DNA of 64,000 bases from Selaginella moellendorffii (GCF_000143415.4 NW_003314269.1:1929544-1993543); one strand, 5' to 3'. Counted from the stretch's first letter, positions 1-13,343 are shown. Notes: a model not told the origin generated them from the letters alone. Made by a program: numbers and translations.

Positions 1-789
1 CATACAGATTGTTGACAAGGACTATCCAGTGGAATCGATCTGGCTCAGCGATACAAAGTCTAGCATTTCTGGTAAACTTTGGTAAGCTTTTCTCTCGCCT
101 TTGATTTAGTTCATCGTCTCACGGGTTTTCAACAGGAACTAGGAAGGAGAAAGCGGCCATGGAGGTGTTGCGACTTAGCAAAACACCTGTCCAGCATTGG
201 TCCGGTCCCTTTAAGCTTCCAGCACAGGGAGATGTCACTACTGGATTCGGCCTCCAACGTTTCTACAACGGAGTTTTCGCTGAAAAGTAAGAAGTTTTTG
301 TCCATGGACAGAAAAATCAAGATTGTTTTTACAGCTACTATCATCAAGGAATCGACTATGGTGCCGAAGAGGGGACTCCTGTCAAGGCACCCGCGAAGGG
401 TCGCGTGGTTCTTGTTGGTAAGGAAGCTGATGGTTTCCAGCTTCACGGGAACTGCATTGGCCTGGACCATGGTCATGGTGTAACTTCCATCTTAATGCAT
501 CTCTCATCGGTAGACGCCGTGTAAGCACGCTCTACACTTTCTTTTCTGTGCTGTGACATTCCTCACAGCTTCTTTTCCCTTGCAGTGAAGGAGAGATAGT
601 GAAACAAGGCGATACCATTGGCGCCGTGGGAGAATCCGGCCTCGCAACAGGACCACATTTGCATTGGTATGAAGCATGAAGGAACTATTTTTTCAAATCC
701 TCATCTCTTTTGCTGGAAACAGGGGCCTCCTTGTCAATGGGAAAGCCGTGGATCCCAACCAGTGGCTGGCAAAACAATGGTGGCTCTAA
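1..789 (+). CDS. Peptidase M23 (LytM-family Zn metalloendopeptidase), cyanobacterial type; 3' part only
   Basis: Manual splicing (introns 72-135, 287-334, 521-585, 667-722, all GT-AG) gives ...WSGPFKLPAQGDVTTGFGLQRFYNGVFAENYYHQGIDYGAEEGTPVKAPAKGRVVLVG...HGNCIGLDHGHGVTSILMHLSS...GLATGPHLHWGLLVNGKAVDPNQWL; stop 787-789. HxxxD and HxH zinc motifs are intact. Not in the ORF track. Confidence 0.93.
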
Positions 790-1619
790 TATACCATGGA
801 TTTTTGTTTTGGTTGTCAATCTTTCGCAATGAATTTTAGCTTGCAAGAGAAGTTATTATTTGTTGTATTTCTCCAGCATCACTGTGCCTCGCCCAAAACT
901 CCAATTTTTCTGCTTGAGTCTATGCCTCGGACAAAAACACCAGGATGGAGCAACAGGACGCGCTAGAGGCCGGATTATCAACGCGCTTTAGGAGTGTATG
1001 GTCACAACTCAAAGCTCGTCAGCTGAATCCTGTGCATCAGCAACACTGTGCTGTTCGTTGATGTCATTGACAATATCAAGGCTGCAGTGGAGAGCCAGTG
1101 TCACTCTTGCTCTTGGTCCATATTTGCTCAGTGTTTTAACTTTTCCTTTCTTCCTTTTGTTTAAGCTCTTCTTTTGAGCCAACTTCTTCCTAAAGGCCTC
1201 AAGTGTTCCTTGAATTTCTATTAAGATATTCCTTGATCTTTTAGATTCCTTGACTTTAGATCTCAATTCTAATGGTTTGTGAATGGTCTGCTATATAGTT
1301 ACAAGGCTTCTGGAATGCAGAGACAGCATCACCGCCACAAGCCTTTCTGCAAAAAATGGTGAGTTCGCTTACCTCTGGACTTCCTCTAAGTTCTCGTCAC
1401 GTGTACAGCACCACCAGTGCCAAGCGATGATCCTGATTCACATTGAAAGAGGTGGAGCTCATGGCCATCCCAGTGCCAACATCTGGTGTCTTGCAGCTCC
1501 TCTCAAAGTTCCAAGCCAAGGGACTGTCTGCCCAAGACCTGATAACAACATCTGTCGGCCACAACATTGGCCAGGCACATGAGGGGATGTGAAAATTGCT
1601 CCGAGGCAACTAATTAAGT

Positions 1620-4400
1620 GCCAAGACGAAAAATTCTGAATAACTACTTTTGTGAGGTGCAAGTGTGCTATCACAATGATATAATTTGGTATTGCTAATT
1701 ATTTTGTTAGTCTAAAATTAATTGAGAAATAAATCATCAAATGTGTACTTGGCTAGAAGATAAAATTTTTAAGTGCTATTAATCAAATATTATTGACTTC
1801 ATTTAAATAACTCATTTATTGTTTTCACTTTCTTGTTCCGGATAAACTCAATCACTCAATATCAACTTATGATAAATTATTATATTCATTAGCACATTTC
1901 CTCTGAGTTAGTTATACTGTAGTTATATTAGTTATTTATAAAAAGTGACTGGAATTGCCAATTATGCATATTTATGGAGTATATTCTGAAGACAAAAGTG
2001 TTATTTCTATATTTATTAACATTATTTTTTATTTAATAAAATTTCCAATTTATCTTAGAAATTATTATATAATTATTAAAATTCAAAGCCAAAATAAACT
2101 TTCATATTTGGGGTGTGTTGTGATATAAAGTTTTACATATATATTAAGGATACTGAGATTAAAAATATGATTAATTATTTAAAATATTGTGTCACTGTAT
2201 ATTTAAATTATAAACCCTAATTTTATACTCTGATTTGATTGTTGATTCAATTAATAAAAAAACACTACCTTCTTGATTTGATTTGAAATTAAAATACCAC
2301 TACATTTAAATTTTACCTTCATATTATACCAATTCTATAATACATTTGTATTAAATTTTATTTTACTTCAATTTAGACCCCAGTTAAAATGTTCTCAAAA
2401 TTAAAATTTAATATTTTTATTAAGTGACCCAAGTATTTAAAAAAAGGTTTGTTCCCTTTTGTATATATGTCTAATTTATATGATGACAGCTCAAATTCCA
2501 TGGCAACATGATGGAATTATTCAAAGAGTTGATGAATGAATTTTTTTCTGAAACTCCACCAACAAGATGTTTCATTAATTTATAAGGAGATGGTTATTTC
2601 AAAAGAGCAAATGTTACAAGCATTATCATTGTTTCATGTATGATAGATGATGCCAGAATAATTCCTTGACACTGTAAAATTTAAATTTTACTTTATAGTT
2701 AAATATAGTTAAAACTATGTGTGCTAAATTTCTTGTGCAAATCATAAATCAATGTAATTAAAAAAATTAAATATTTTTATTATGCTAAAGTATTTAGCTA
2801 ATATAAATTTAGGTAAAATTATATAATAAAGAGTTACTAAAAGATTACTAAGGTATTCATACATTTCATTGTTTTTATTAAATTCATAAAATTATTTAGG
2901 TTTTTCTATATATATATTTTATACATGAATTTAATGTTAATATATATTCATGAACAGATGGATGTATTTTTTTTAAAAATTATTCATTTTAATTTATCCT
3001 CTTTAGTGCAAAAGTTATTTTGTTTATATATTAATAAACTGTTTATTAGGCATGCTAAATGAAAATTTAGTGTTTTTTTATGAAAATAAAATACATAAAG
3101 TAGTTCTCTATACCAGTCTATTTTTTCATTTCATTCCCATACATAATTTATCAAATCAATCAAATTAATTTTGGAGGTGTTTTAGCATTGTATTTATTAT
3201 AATTTTAAAAAATAAACTATAAATTCTTTTTAGGATGATAGTAAATAGATTATCTATATAAATATAATATGGTTATTAAAATTAAATTAAATAAATTTAT
3301 CAAAATAATCTATATATATTTGAACTTATATATCTTCTTTTTAATGATATATGTAGTTTTGATCAATATTTAAATATAATGTTTTTAATAAACTCTACAT
3401 CACTAAATACATTTTGGAAACCTCTTGATGTTAATTGAGTAAAAATATAATGTTGCAATAAAAATTTACCATAAAACTATTTGCAAAATAAATTGTAAAT
3501 ATGACATGTTTTTTTTGTAAGTTTTCTTATGCTTTACATATTAGTTTTTTCTGTGACATCAGTTAAATATTGTAGCATTTTTTAATCGTATTTATAGTCT
3601 TCAATATATAAAATTATGGAATAATTTTCACTCTTTAAAATAATAATAAAATTTATTACTTCTATATTTTAATTTAATGATTGATCAATAATATACCTTA
3701 TCTTATTTTTGGATTAGTCTTCATCTCAATTTAATATTTATGTGCCTCTATGTATGTGGCTACTTTATAATTCTAGATATTTTTGAAAGTGTATTCTATT
3801 TATAAACTTTATTTTTTATTTAAACTTTTTTTCATGTATGATTCACTCTAAAATATATTTCTTCTCACCATGTTTATTTAAACAAAGGTCTAAGTTAAAT
3901 TTATATAAACACAGTTAATGTATAGTTTTATATCACTATAATTAAGATGATTCTTTTTAGCTACAAATAATCATATTTTGTATATTATTGTTTAATAGTA
4001 ATGATAATAGTATAAATTTTATATGATAAATGAAAGACCTTATAATTATATTTTCTTTATTATTTAAATCTTTGATAGTAGAAACGAAATAATGTTATTT
4101 GGCAATATAATTATTAATATAATTTCTTCTCAGAAGTTGAACTCATTATTCTCAAGGAGTTTATTTAAGTTATTCCTGTGTTATATATTTACCTTTGGTT
4201 TTCTATATACATAAATTATTAACTCGTTTCCATCGAAATATGAAATGAGAGTCAAATCTTCACATTGTGGCTTCTATTAGTCCATTAGTGAATTTGCTAA
4301 ACAATATCATAAAACAATCAAGATATAGAAACTTTAAAGGCAAAGTGGGTAAAGGTTTTTTTGCTGGATTTAAATGAGCTTCCATCGAGCAGCTATGGAA
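1620..4400. other. Very AT-rich, CpG-depleted non-coding tract (probable decayed TE DNA)
   Basis: No listed ORF starts or lies wholly within ~1680-4400; almost no CG dinucleotides, unlike the CpG-rich neighbouring genes. Confidence 0.55.
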
Positions 4401-4597
4401 AAGATAAAATCACAAGGACTTAAACACAAGGGTGTTATTACTTTTGCTTGATTGCCCAAAGACAATTTACTATAATTTTAATCCCCCAGAAAAGAAGAGA
4501 TGGCTGTTTCAGCACGGTGAGCCCCAGCAGATAGACAGGAAAGCAGGTCTATGTAAAACTTCCGTAAAACAAAGCAATAGAATATTAACATTTCTAA

Positions 4598-5176
4598 TTA
4601 ACGACAATTTTTCTTCGTGGTTGCTCCTCCTTTGTTCTTAGGCGCAGCTGTACCATCAGATGAAGAAGACTTTTGTGTTTTCTGCTTTTTCCATTTGAAG
4701 ATTGCAGCCCTAAAATCATTCATCTTGGCAAGCGAGGTGAGAAAAGGGATGAGCTTGAGCAGCTCCTCATCTTCATCGTCACCATTCCCTTTGGAGAAGA
4801 AGGGCTTGATGGGCAATGCATTCTCCACATTCTGCTTGAACGTCTCGGGCTTGTCATCCACAACCACGACCCTCTTCATGTCCCGGCCTAGCAGAGCCGC
4901 TGGCTTGATCACAAAATCCACGCATGAATCGCCATACAACCGGTGTGCGATGCTTCCATACTTTCGATCAATCTCATCCACGATCTTCTCTGCACACTCT
5001 CGAGTTCCTGCTGTGAATAGCACAACTTCATACAAATCCTTGACAGCGTGGAGGAATTGATCGAGGCCGGGCCGTGAGACGCTTCCATCGATCAAAGTGT
5101 TGTCAAGATCGAGCACCAGAGTTGGGCGGCCAACCTGAGCGCCAACCTGTGGTGGCAACAAGTTCTCTTGACCCAT
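4598..5176 (-). CDS. Intronless CTD small phosphatase-like protein (FCP1/SCP, NIF domain, HAD fold)
   Basis: LVLDLDNTL (DxDxT), RPGLDQFL, YEVVLFTAG, LLGRDMKRVVVVDD, NALPIKPF, DEELLKLIPFL motifs. Confidence 0.88.
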   Translation of the reverse strand: MGQENLLPPQVGAQVGRPTLVLDLDNTLIDGSVSRPGLDQFLHAVKDLYEVVLFTAGTRECAEKIVDEIDRKYGSIAHRLYGDSCVDFVIKPAALLGRDMKRVVVVDDKPETFKQNVENALPIKPFFSKGNGDDEDEELLKLIPFLTSLAKMNDFRAAIFKWKKQKTQKSSSSDGTAAPKNKGGATTKKNCR

Positions 5177-5288
5177 TGTAAGCCCTAATCCTATTTTACC
5201 CTACTTTTAAACCCCGGTCATTAAATTAACAATGACGTGGCATTCTGCAGTAACGCCACGTTGCATAAGTGCTGAGGTGTGGCAACCT

Positions 5289-8200
5289 TTAAAAGCTCTC
5301 CTTTCGAAACTCAAACCTGGTGCTGGTTCTCTGCGAGAAGGTCCAGGCGATTCCTTCCAGCTCCTTGGCTGCCGAGGCCATGCCGCAGTAGAACACGCCG
5401 ACACGGGCACCGGGATGGTTTGCGGCCAGCCTCGCGAAAACTTTGTTCCAGTTGGGCCGAGCAAAGTGCGTGCGAACCTGTTTCGCTCGACCGCGTTAGC
5501 ACCAGGCAGCTAGAAATTCAGAGCGAAAAGGAGAAAAGAGTTTGGCTATACCCGAGTTCCTGAGACAATGTCCACGCCACTCTTAGCGTGATGGAGGGCC
5601 TGGACGAGCGTTATCAGGGCCGAGCGAGCGTCTCCTTCCTCGTGAACGCACGTCAGATAGTTGTGCATTTCAATCACTGCCTGTGGATGCACAAGCATAG
5701 CTCAGGAAGACTTAGACAAAAAATTGTGTTGTACCTTGTGATCCATCTCGGCCACCTCGTTCATCACCCCCTTGAACCACTGGAAGGAGCCTTGTTCCTT
5801 GGTCACCCAGTAGAAGTAAGCGTGGCTTGGACAGCGTCGCGGGGACTGCTGGTACTCCGGCTTCCCCGTCTGAGTGTTGAGCATGTCCCTGAGAATGCTG
5901 ATAAACGGCGTTGCCCCGATTCCAAGTCCGACAAGGAGCATCACGTCGTATTTGCGGTAATCCTGCGCTGCAGCTCCGTAAGGTCCATCTATGTAAAGCT
6001 TTGGAAATCTGTTCATTCATTCAGTTTGATTGTGCCTTTTGGTTTTCTTTTGAGTAAATTTCACTCATTACCTTCTGAGTGCGCCTTCGTCACCACTGTC
6101 TTCTCCTTGTGCTTCGATCTCCTAATGTCTGTGGTAAGAACTCGAGCACAATCGAGAATCATTGTGCACCTTTGCGAATGTCCTCATGATCTCTTCCGTC
6201 CAGTCCCCCAAGCTGCGAACATGAACACTGAGGTGTTCATCTCCTGGTGCTGACGTGATTGAAAACGGGTGCCTACATCGCATACACGTAAACATTGTAT
6301 CCGAGAAGTTTCAAGGTCTTACCATTCGAATGGCGATATTGAGGGGCATTGAATAAAGATGTACATCCCACTCTGGTATTTAAAGCCGGGAGGTTTTGTC
6401 ATGTGAAGAGACAAAACATTTCCGGGAAAAATGGCAGCCTAGAAAACAAACGAGTTCATTGATCTGGTAAGTTACAAAAATTTAGTATAATTACCTGTAC
6501 AATGTCAACCTTGTAAACGCATGCTCTAGATACTCTCAAAAACCGTTCTCCAATGTAAAGAACTGTTGGAACAAGAATGTACAACCACGTCTATGGAGAA
6601 AAAAACATTAGTATATAGACAAATACTGACACACATACCGTTTTCTCTGACCATTTGTGCGTGAGGAAAAGTAATGTCGAGTGAACAATCAAGAGAGCGT
6701 AGACAATGGCGAATAGATGGTGAGAATACCAGAACACGTTGAACCCGGTAAGTTTGTCAAAGGGTCGGCGGAGCTTGAGCCTGTTCTTCCTGGCGAGGTT
6801 GGTCGCAAGAAGAAACGACACCGCCATCAATATAACCATCGCGATCCCTGTCACGCCTTCGACGGACATGACCATGCCCAGCATAGAAGGCTGGCAGCCG
6901 TGAAAGTCTCTTCCCAAAGTACGCATGAAAGTCTTCGACTCTGCATTGGCAATCCGGGGGAAGTCACAGGTCAAATGAGCTCCTCCGTGAATAAGCACTC
7001 CCAAACAAATAGCTCCTGCCACTGTCTGTGTATGAAAACAGTAAACAAAGAAGCTTACAGAAAAAAAGAAATGGACTTTTTTACCTTGTGAAAGCTGATG
7101 CTGTCATCGAAGGGAATCACTGAGCCGAGCCTGGTAGAGCGGAGCCACGTTATAGTGTTTCTACAAACAGGGAAAAGGATGAGTGCCATGTTGAGCTTGA
7201 GTGTCTCGGCAGCACCTTTGGCCATGCTCACGCAATACCCCATCACTTCAAAGCCGGACCGGTAGCTGTACTGCATGGACTTCCACATAAACAGCACGGC
7301 CATGGCTCCAAACCACACGCCAACAATCCAGAGTCGACGCCAATCCTCTTGGAAAGCATTCTTGGTGCTGCAAGCAAGGAACTGTAGCCTCCCCAGCCTT
7401 TCGGCGTTACACGGGTGATGGCTCTGGTAGTGCTGCCGGAACGAATCAGCCTCAAAGGCGCGCTTGCTTAATAAGCTCTCGAGCTGTGATATCTGTGATG
7501 AAGATGATCGAGTCGAGTTTGAGTAAAGAATGTAATCGAAGACGAAAAAGAAAAACTTACGCCAACTTCGCCTTTCTTCTCACGATCCAGTTCTTCCATC
7601 AACAATGCCGCGTACTCCTCCGCCTGCTCGTCGAGAATCGAGAGTCGGTTGGCCGACGCGCTCAGAAGGATGGCCTGAGAGTGATCAACCATAAGCTTTC
7701 TTATAGTCTGGAGAAAATAAGAAACTAGCTCGAACGTACACTTTTTAGCTCCGACCCACTGATCTTTCCATCCCGGTCTCGATCGCATCTGCGAAGCACA
7801 CGACCGATCGATCACAGGGCATTTCTAGAAAGAAATCCTTACAGATCGAAGAAGATTTGCATCCTCGAGGCGGTCGTCTTATCTGTGAGATCCATCCAGA
7901 GATCCCAGAGCTCATCCTTGCCAATGTCGTGACGATCCTCGACGGCGCTGGTGGTGACGCCCCGGGAGTGCGCTCTCCGGCGCCGCAAAACGCCCAGGAG
8001 CTCCGCGGCAAACTCCTCGCTCTCCGGCATCCCTGCATTGCGATCAAAGAAACCTAATACTCCACAAGAACCAAGAAAATCGTCCTCTAAATACCAATGC
8101 ACGCGCCAAATCGGCCAGGCGGGAGCTTTCCATCGCTGCTCGAGAGCTTCTCGAATCGCTCCATCACTCTGTGCCACACCGCCTCGTCCCCAGCGCTCGC

Positions 8201-8593
8201 CGTGCGCTTATCGATAAAGCGGAGGCCCTCCAGCGCGCTATTCACATTGTTCCTGGCAGCACTGGCATCCTCGTCCTCCACCACCGGCATTACGCGAGCA
8301 TTGCTCCTAGCCATGGCGCTGCCGGAGCTCTCGCTATCGATCACAAGCTCGACAAATCCCGGCTGATCCACCAGCGGCTGTTCGTGCGATCCCTCGAAAG
8401 ATTTTGCCGCCACTTCCTGCTCGTCCGCGCGAGGAATTTCCCCAGGAACACTGCCGCTGCCGCTCGAAATCTCATCCTTCCCGGCCGGCATTTGCGAATC
8501 GCGAGCGCCGGATTGAGAATTCCGCACCCCCTGCGTGAAGATCGATCCTTGTAGAAAGCCTGGAATGGGGATTTCTTGCGCGCTTTCATGCAT
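5289..8593 (-). CDS. RBOH: Respiratory burst oxidase homolog (NADPH oxidase), multi-exon, apparently complete
   Basis: [21 protein letters not shown]-terminal region; EF-hand region ([22 protein letters not shown]); [23 protein letters not shown]; FWYSHHL; [12 protein letters not shown]; [16 protein letters not shown]; C-terminus [10 protein letters not shown]...FEFRKESF*. Start codon is approximate. Confidence 0.95.
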
Positions 8594-9519
8594 TGCACTG
8601 CAAGGCAGGCGGCAGAGAACTGCGCGCCACCAAACACCAAGATTCCAGAGCGCCGATCGATCGAAGGCGAGAAGAAAAGGAGTGCCTTTTGATCCAATCT
8701 AACAGCGCGCTGGAAGGAACTGACGATCGATCGCGACGGCATACGAACATTTGGGCCTGGCAGAAGAGGAGTACACACACAAAGGAGAGGAGGGAAGCGT
8801 TTCTATTTACATTTAAAACCGGTGGGTGGAAATAGGTAGTGATCGATCTTCAAAGCAATGAAATATCGATCGATCCATCGCTCCATCGCCTGCCCCGTGT
8901 TGGTAGTTCTCTCCCTTTATATCCTTTCTTTCTTCTCATCTTCTTCGCTCTTCTTTAATGTCGGAGAGTTTAAGTTCTTCCTGGAAGGAAGAATTAGCAG
9001 CCATTGGACAGACTTTGGTGCCATTGGAGCCTAGGGTTCTTGGGCGATGCCCACTGATGCCCAGGTATTCGCTGATCTCCTCAAATTGTGTGCCCAATCG
9101 AAGGATCTCAGCACTGGCAAGCAAATTCACCAGAGGATCATTCACAGCCGCCTTGATCGCAATCGCTACCTTTGCAATCTTCTCATCGATATGTATGGGA
9201 AATGCGGAAGCATCCAAGGCGCGAGATTGGTGTTCCAAGCAATTGACAAGCCCAATCCTTTTACCTGGAACATTGTCATAGCTGCAAATGCCGCGAATGG
9301 GCATTTGGAAGAGGCCCGTAGCCTCTTCGATCGAATGCCCAAAAGAAACTCCGTGTCGTGGAACACGATTATCTCCGCTTACGCCCAGCACGGCAGATTA
9401 GACGATGCCTGCCATCTCTTCGCCCAGATCCCCGATGAGCAGCGCGACGAGATATCCTGGAACGCAATCGTCCAGGCTTGTGCTCTAAACGGGCGCTTGG
9501 ATCGAGCGCAGGAGCTATT
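7199..9519. repeat. Segmental duplication copy A (RBOH 5' half + divergent promoter + PPR 5' end)
   Basis: Near-identical to 17396-19711 in direct orientation. Confidence 0.95.
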
Positions 9520-9547
9520 TTATACGGTGAGGTCTCGTTCGGAGTGA
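9047..9547 (+). pseudogene. 3'-truncated copy of the PPR gene at 19239
   Basis: Matches the N-terminal ~158 aa of 19239..21215; homology ends abruptly at 9519 (ggagctatt|ttatacg). Confidence 0.85.
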
Positions 9548-9657
9548 AGCTCTTGTGCTATGCCGGAGCTGCTACACCAAACGTGTAGTGATGCTCCCCT
9601 ACTGCTTGGAACCTTTAAAATCTACAAGGCAAAAACCCTATTTTGAGGCATAGGGCT

Positions 9658-11836
9658 ATGGAAGGAAAGATTCCGGTGGTGGGGTGGATGCCATGCGTTG
9701 GCGATCGCGTGGCCGAATGGTTCCGCAGCGGCATAGGCTCCAGACTGCTGATGGTTGTGAGGGCAACGTTCTCTCACTTTGGGCTGGAGCTGGATCATCC
9801 CCCGGGTGCGTGGTTCTTTGAAGTCCTGCCCGACTCCACCGTCTCTTCCACTGTGTCGGAGCTCAAGTGGAAGATCTGGACTGTGGCCGTCGCACGCGTC
9901 CTTGGCGCTACCGTGCCGGATGGCTACTTGCACCTCTTCATCGCGGCCGACTACTTCACGCGCCATAGCCCACATCAAGAGCAATCTAGAAATCCTCATC
10001 CCCGCCCCGAGTGCTGCACAGGCCGCTGCACGTACGCCCTGACCGACCTCCACCTTGTGAGTGCTTGTTTGGATCGTGTAGCAAAGTTTATGGTTTTTCC
10101 TTTTTTGCAGCTCGAGGAGGCCACTGATCGGACGCCATCGTCTTTCCCATTGGTCATCACAGATGAATATGTGTCAGGTAGCTCTTCTTTGGATTCCTCT
10201 CAAACTGATTGGTTCCTTTTCCACAGCCATCGTGTCGATATTGTTTCCTTGCACTCTCTCGCCCACTTGCGTTGCTGATGCCGCTCTCCTGTTCGATGCG
10301 AGCGGCAAGGTTTGTGTCGTCGTCTTCACCTGGCTGTTGCTCCAGCTCCAGAGCAACAAGCAGCCGCTGGAATGGCTCGACGCATTCGAAGCACAGGCTA
10401 TAGCAGGCGACCGTGGCGGTGGCGGAGCCGGACCCCTGGAAAATCTCTTGCTGCTGTTCCTGAGCAAACAAGCACCGCTGAAGGATGAAAAGTTCTCCCC
10501 GGCATCCTTGGACGAGCTCAAACGGATACGTTCCTGCATCGAGAACGCGCCCAGGATAGAGTGGAAGTCCATGGACATCACCGTCGCTCTGCGCCAGATG
10601 TTGGAGGTATGATGATTGACACCGTTTTGATTTGAGAGAGCATTCGAGCTTCTGTGTGGCAGGAGGTGATGGCAGCGGGAGAAATCCAATGGGACAACCA
10701 GATGCGTGCCCGGCTCGAGCAGTGGATCCAAGGCCACTACAACTTCCACCGCGTGGAGCCGCTCTTCCAGGAGTACGCAGACGTGAGCGTGCCGATAGCG
10801 CGCCTGATCTCTACATGGATGCACACGAGGAAGGGATGCCGCGACCACGCCGAGCTCAAATCCCTGTGCTCGGCAGCGACATCATCGGAGTCGATTGTGG
10901 AGCACATCCAGGCTACGATGAGCCGGGGAAGCAGCGACGAGTGCCGCCAGCTCTGTGACGCGGCTGCCACCGTCTTTGGCAATGACTACGGTAGCCTTTT
11001 CGTGGAGATTTGCGCCAACGTGCAGTGGGATCCATGCCTGACCGCGTGCTCTCTAGAAGAATTCGGGGCGATCAAGCAGGCAGCCTGGGACGGACTCTTC
11101 CGGACTGCGAGCTCCGAAAACACGCTTCGAAGGCACCGTTTCGACGATGGCAGCCGCAACGAGGGCATATGGAGACCTCGGATTTCCGACATGATCCTCT
11201 ACATAGTTTACGTAAGCATGAAAATGATTCCATCCATCGCTTACGAGTTTGCTGCTGCAGCTGATCCTCGAGGACTGCTTGGGCGCCAGCGTTGATCGTG
11301 AGAGGTGGAAACGAGAGTGTGAGTCTATACAGTGCCTTTCTCTTTGCTCAATCGTGATCCTTTTTGCTTGGATCGTCACAGGCAAGTCACTGCTGTATAC
11401 CAGACGTGGGGGGCAGCGCGTGTCCCGCAGTGGAAAAGGGGTTTTTGTTGCGATTAGCAACTCCACCAGAGGAATCTGTGAGGCGTTTGCGGCGTGGATC
11501 CAGTCTCCAAGCACGCAGAGGGACTTGGGAGCGAGCTCGGATGAGATACGTGATGCCATAAGAGAGGCAGTCGTCTCGGCTGGTGGAGTGGAGTATGACG
11601 AGGAGAGGCAGCAACTCTGGGCCAGGATGCAAGAGCTGCTGGGTGTCACTGGCAACATTTGGATTTGCATGCTTGCTCGTGCCTATGTGCAGCACGAACA
11701 CCACTTTGGTGCTTTAAAAAATGCTGCAAATTATTCCGGTGAAGATCTGCCCACAATTGTCCGCAAGCGTTCAGGCCCAGAAAGTACACCAGGGATCGAA
11801 GTTTTCCTCGGCCTCGGCAGCGCTTCCAGGATTTGA
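9658..11836 (+). CDS. Uncharacterised 5-exon protein (~656 aa), possible Crinkler-like ubiquitin-fold header
   Basis: GT-AG introns 10057-10110, 10178-10226, 10607-10662 and 11212-11260 join four ORF-track frames into one open 1971-nt CDS. Confidence 0.7.
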
Positions 11837-13343
11837 GTTTTGCTTTTGCTAGAGAAGTTTTCTTGCAATTGAGATTTCTTTCAAAGCCAGGCTAATCTGC
11901 TATTTGCTGAAGGAAGCAAAAGGAAGCACACCTTTTCTAGTAGGAGAGTCTGCTGCTAGAATTGATTCGCCCCATCCCCAAGAAGTACTGCCACGTCAGC
12001 ACGCTTGAAGGCTTCACTTGCTATTAATAGGAAGTGAAGCCCTATAGAATTATATAGATAGGACTAATTTTAAATAATAATGGTCAAAACTAATTTTGTT
12101 AAAATCTTTCTAAACAATAGTAATATTATTTCTATTTTACTTACTTTGGAATGTTAAAACCATTTCTTTTTTGCTTTTTTAACAAAAGCAAAATAAAACA
12201 TACCTTAACAACCAAGTATTCAAATGTTTTATCAATTTGTTAAAGGTCAAACACCACATTATCAAATATACATGCTCCTGGTTATCATCATCATCCTTTT
12301 TTAAAAATGTTTACTATTAAAATAGTTTAAGGAAAGGTGTGCTCGTTATGGCAGTTGTATGTTAGAATTAAATAAATTGTGAAGTTCACATTTCTGATGT
12401 TGTGGTTGAAGGGGATGTTATTTCCTCTGATTACTTGTCACAACATTTCCCAGAATTTATATTTATATTAGTGGTTTTATATACAAACACTAAGGGTAGT
12501 TAAGTTTTTCTCTTTAGGTTTTTTAAGTTATGGAAGAGAATGTTGAGAACCGGGAAATTTGGAAGTTTCAAAAGAATAGCAGATGTTAATACTTCTGCCC
12601 CACATCACATGGAGAGGCAAAGGGCATAACATTTATTTATGACAGATGACAGATGACACGTGCAAGTTCATCGGTATCGACAAAATATCTACCAGACATG
12701 GCAACACTTCCAAGGTCCCAAAGAATGTCATCATGGTGACATCCAAATGCATGGCACAATCTCGGATTTTCATCCTGTTAAACCACAGTTCCACATAAAC
12801 ATAAGAACATTCCCAGCGCTTTCAGACCTATAGTACAGGATAAATACTTCTCCATGTGCCCTCCGCCCCCGCCGGGCGGCCTCATCGTGCTCGCTCGGGC
12901 ACGTGCGCGGGACTGCACACGGAGGTCTCCACTATAACGATGAAGACAAGTAAGGTGATAGCACGAACTTTGTTAGCAAAGCCAGGCATGTGGTTATAAT
13001 GTGTAAGCGACTAAATTTTCCATTCTACTTTAGTCACTTAACCACACCTCCGACCACTTGGAGGAGTCTCATTCACAACCTCCATAAGTCCAATCTAGGA
13101 CTTGGGACTTGCTAGCCCCAAGAATGGCATCCATGCCACTCAACATTTGCACTTGGTCCAAGTGCTCCACGTGTCCGATCCCATGACCGACACTCAAAGG
13201 TACCACCGACATAGCAGCCCGTTGTAAGCAACTAAAGGGAACGACTTGAGAAACGGTCCATGGGGTTCAAATATAGAGGGAAAGGGCCCATGAATAAGAG
13301 TGCACCCCCTTTTCCAATCGGTTAAGGGTCTTGGGATAGTTGG

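Noticed and set aside
1-789. Bacterial contamination
   Set aside because: The gene has four canonical spliceosomal introns of host-typical size.
79-839. ORF-track ORFs 79..483, 129..476 and 618..839
   Set aside because: Shadow frames of the spliced M23 gene.
950-1620. Lys-rich and other short ORFs
   Set aside because: No recognisable domain or consistent splice model; possibly a decayed fragment.
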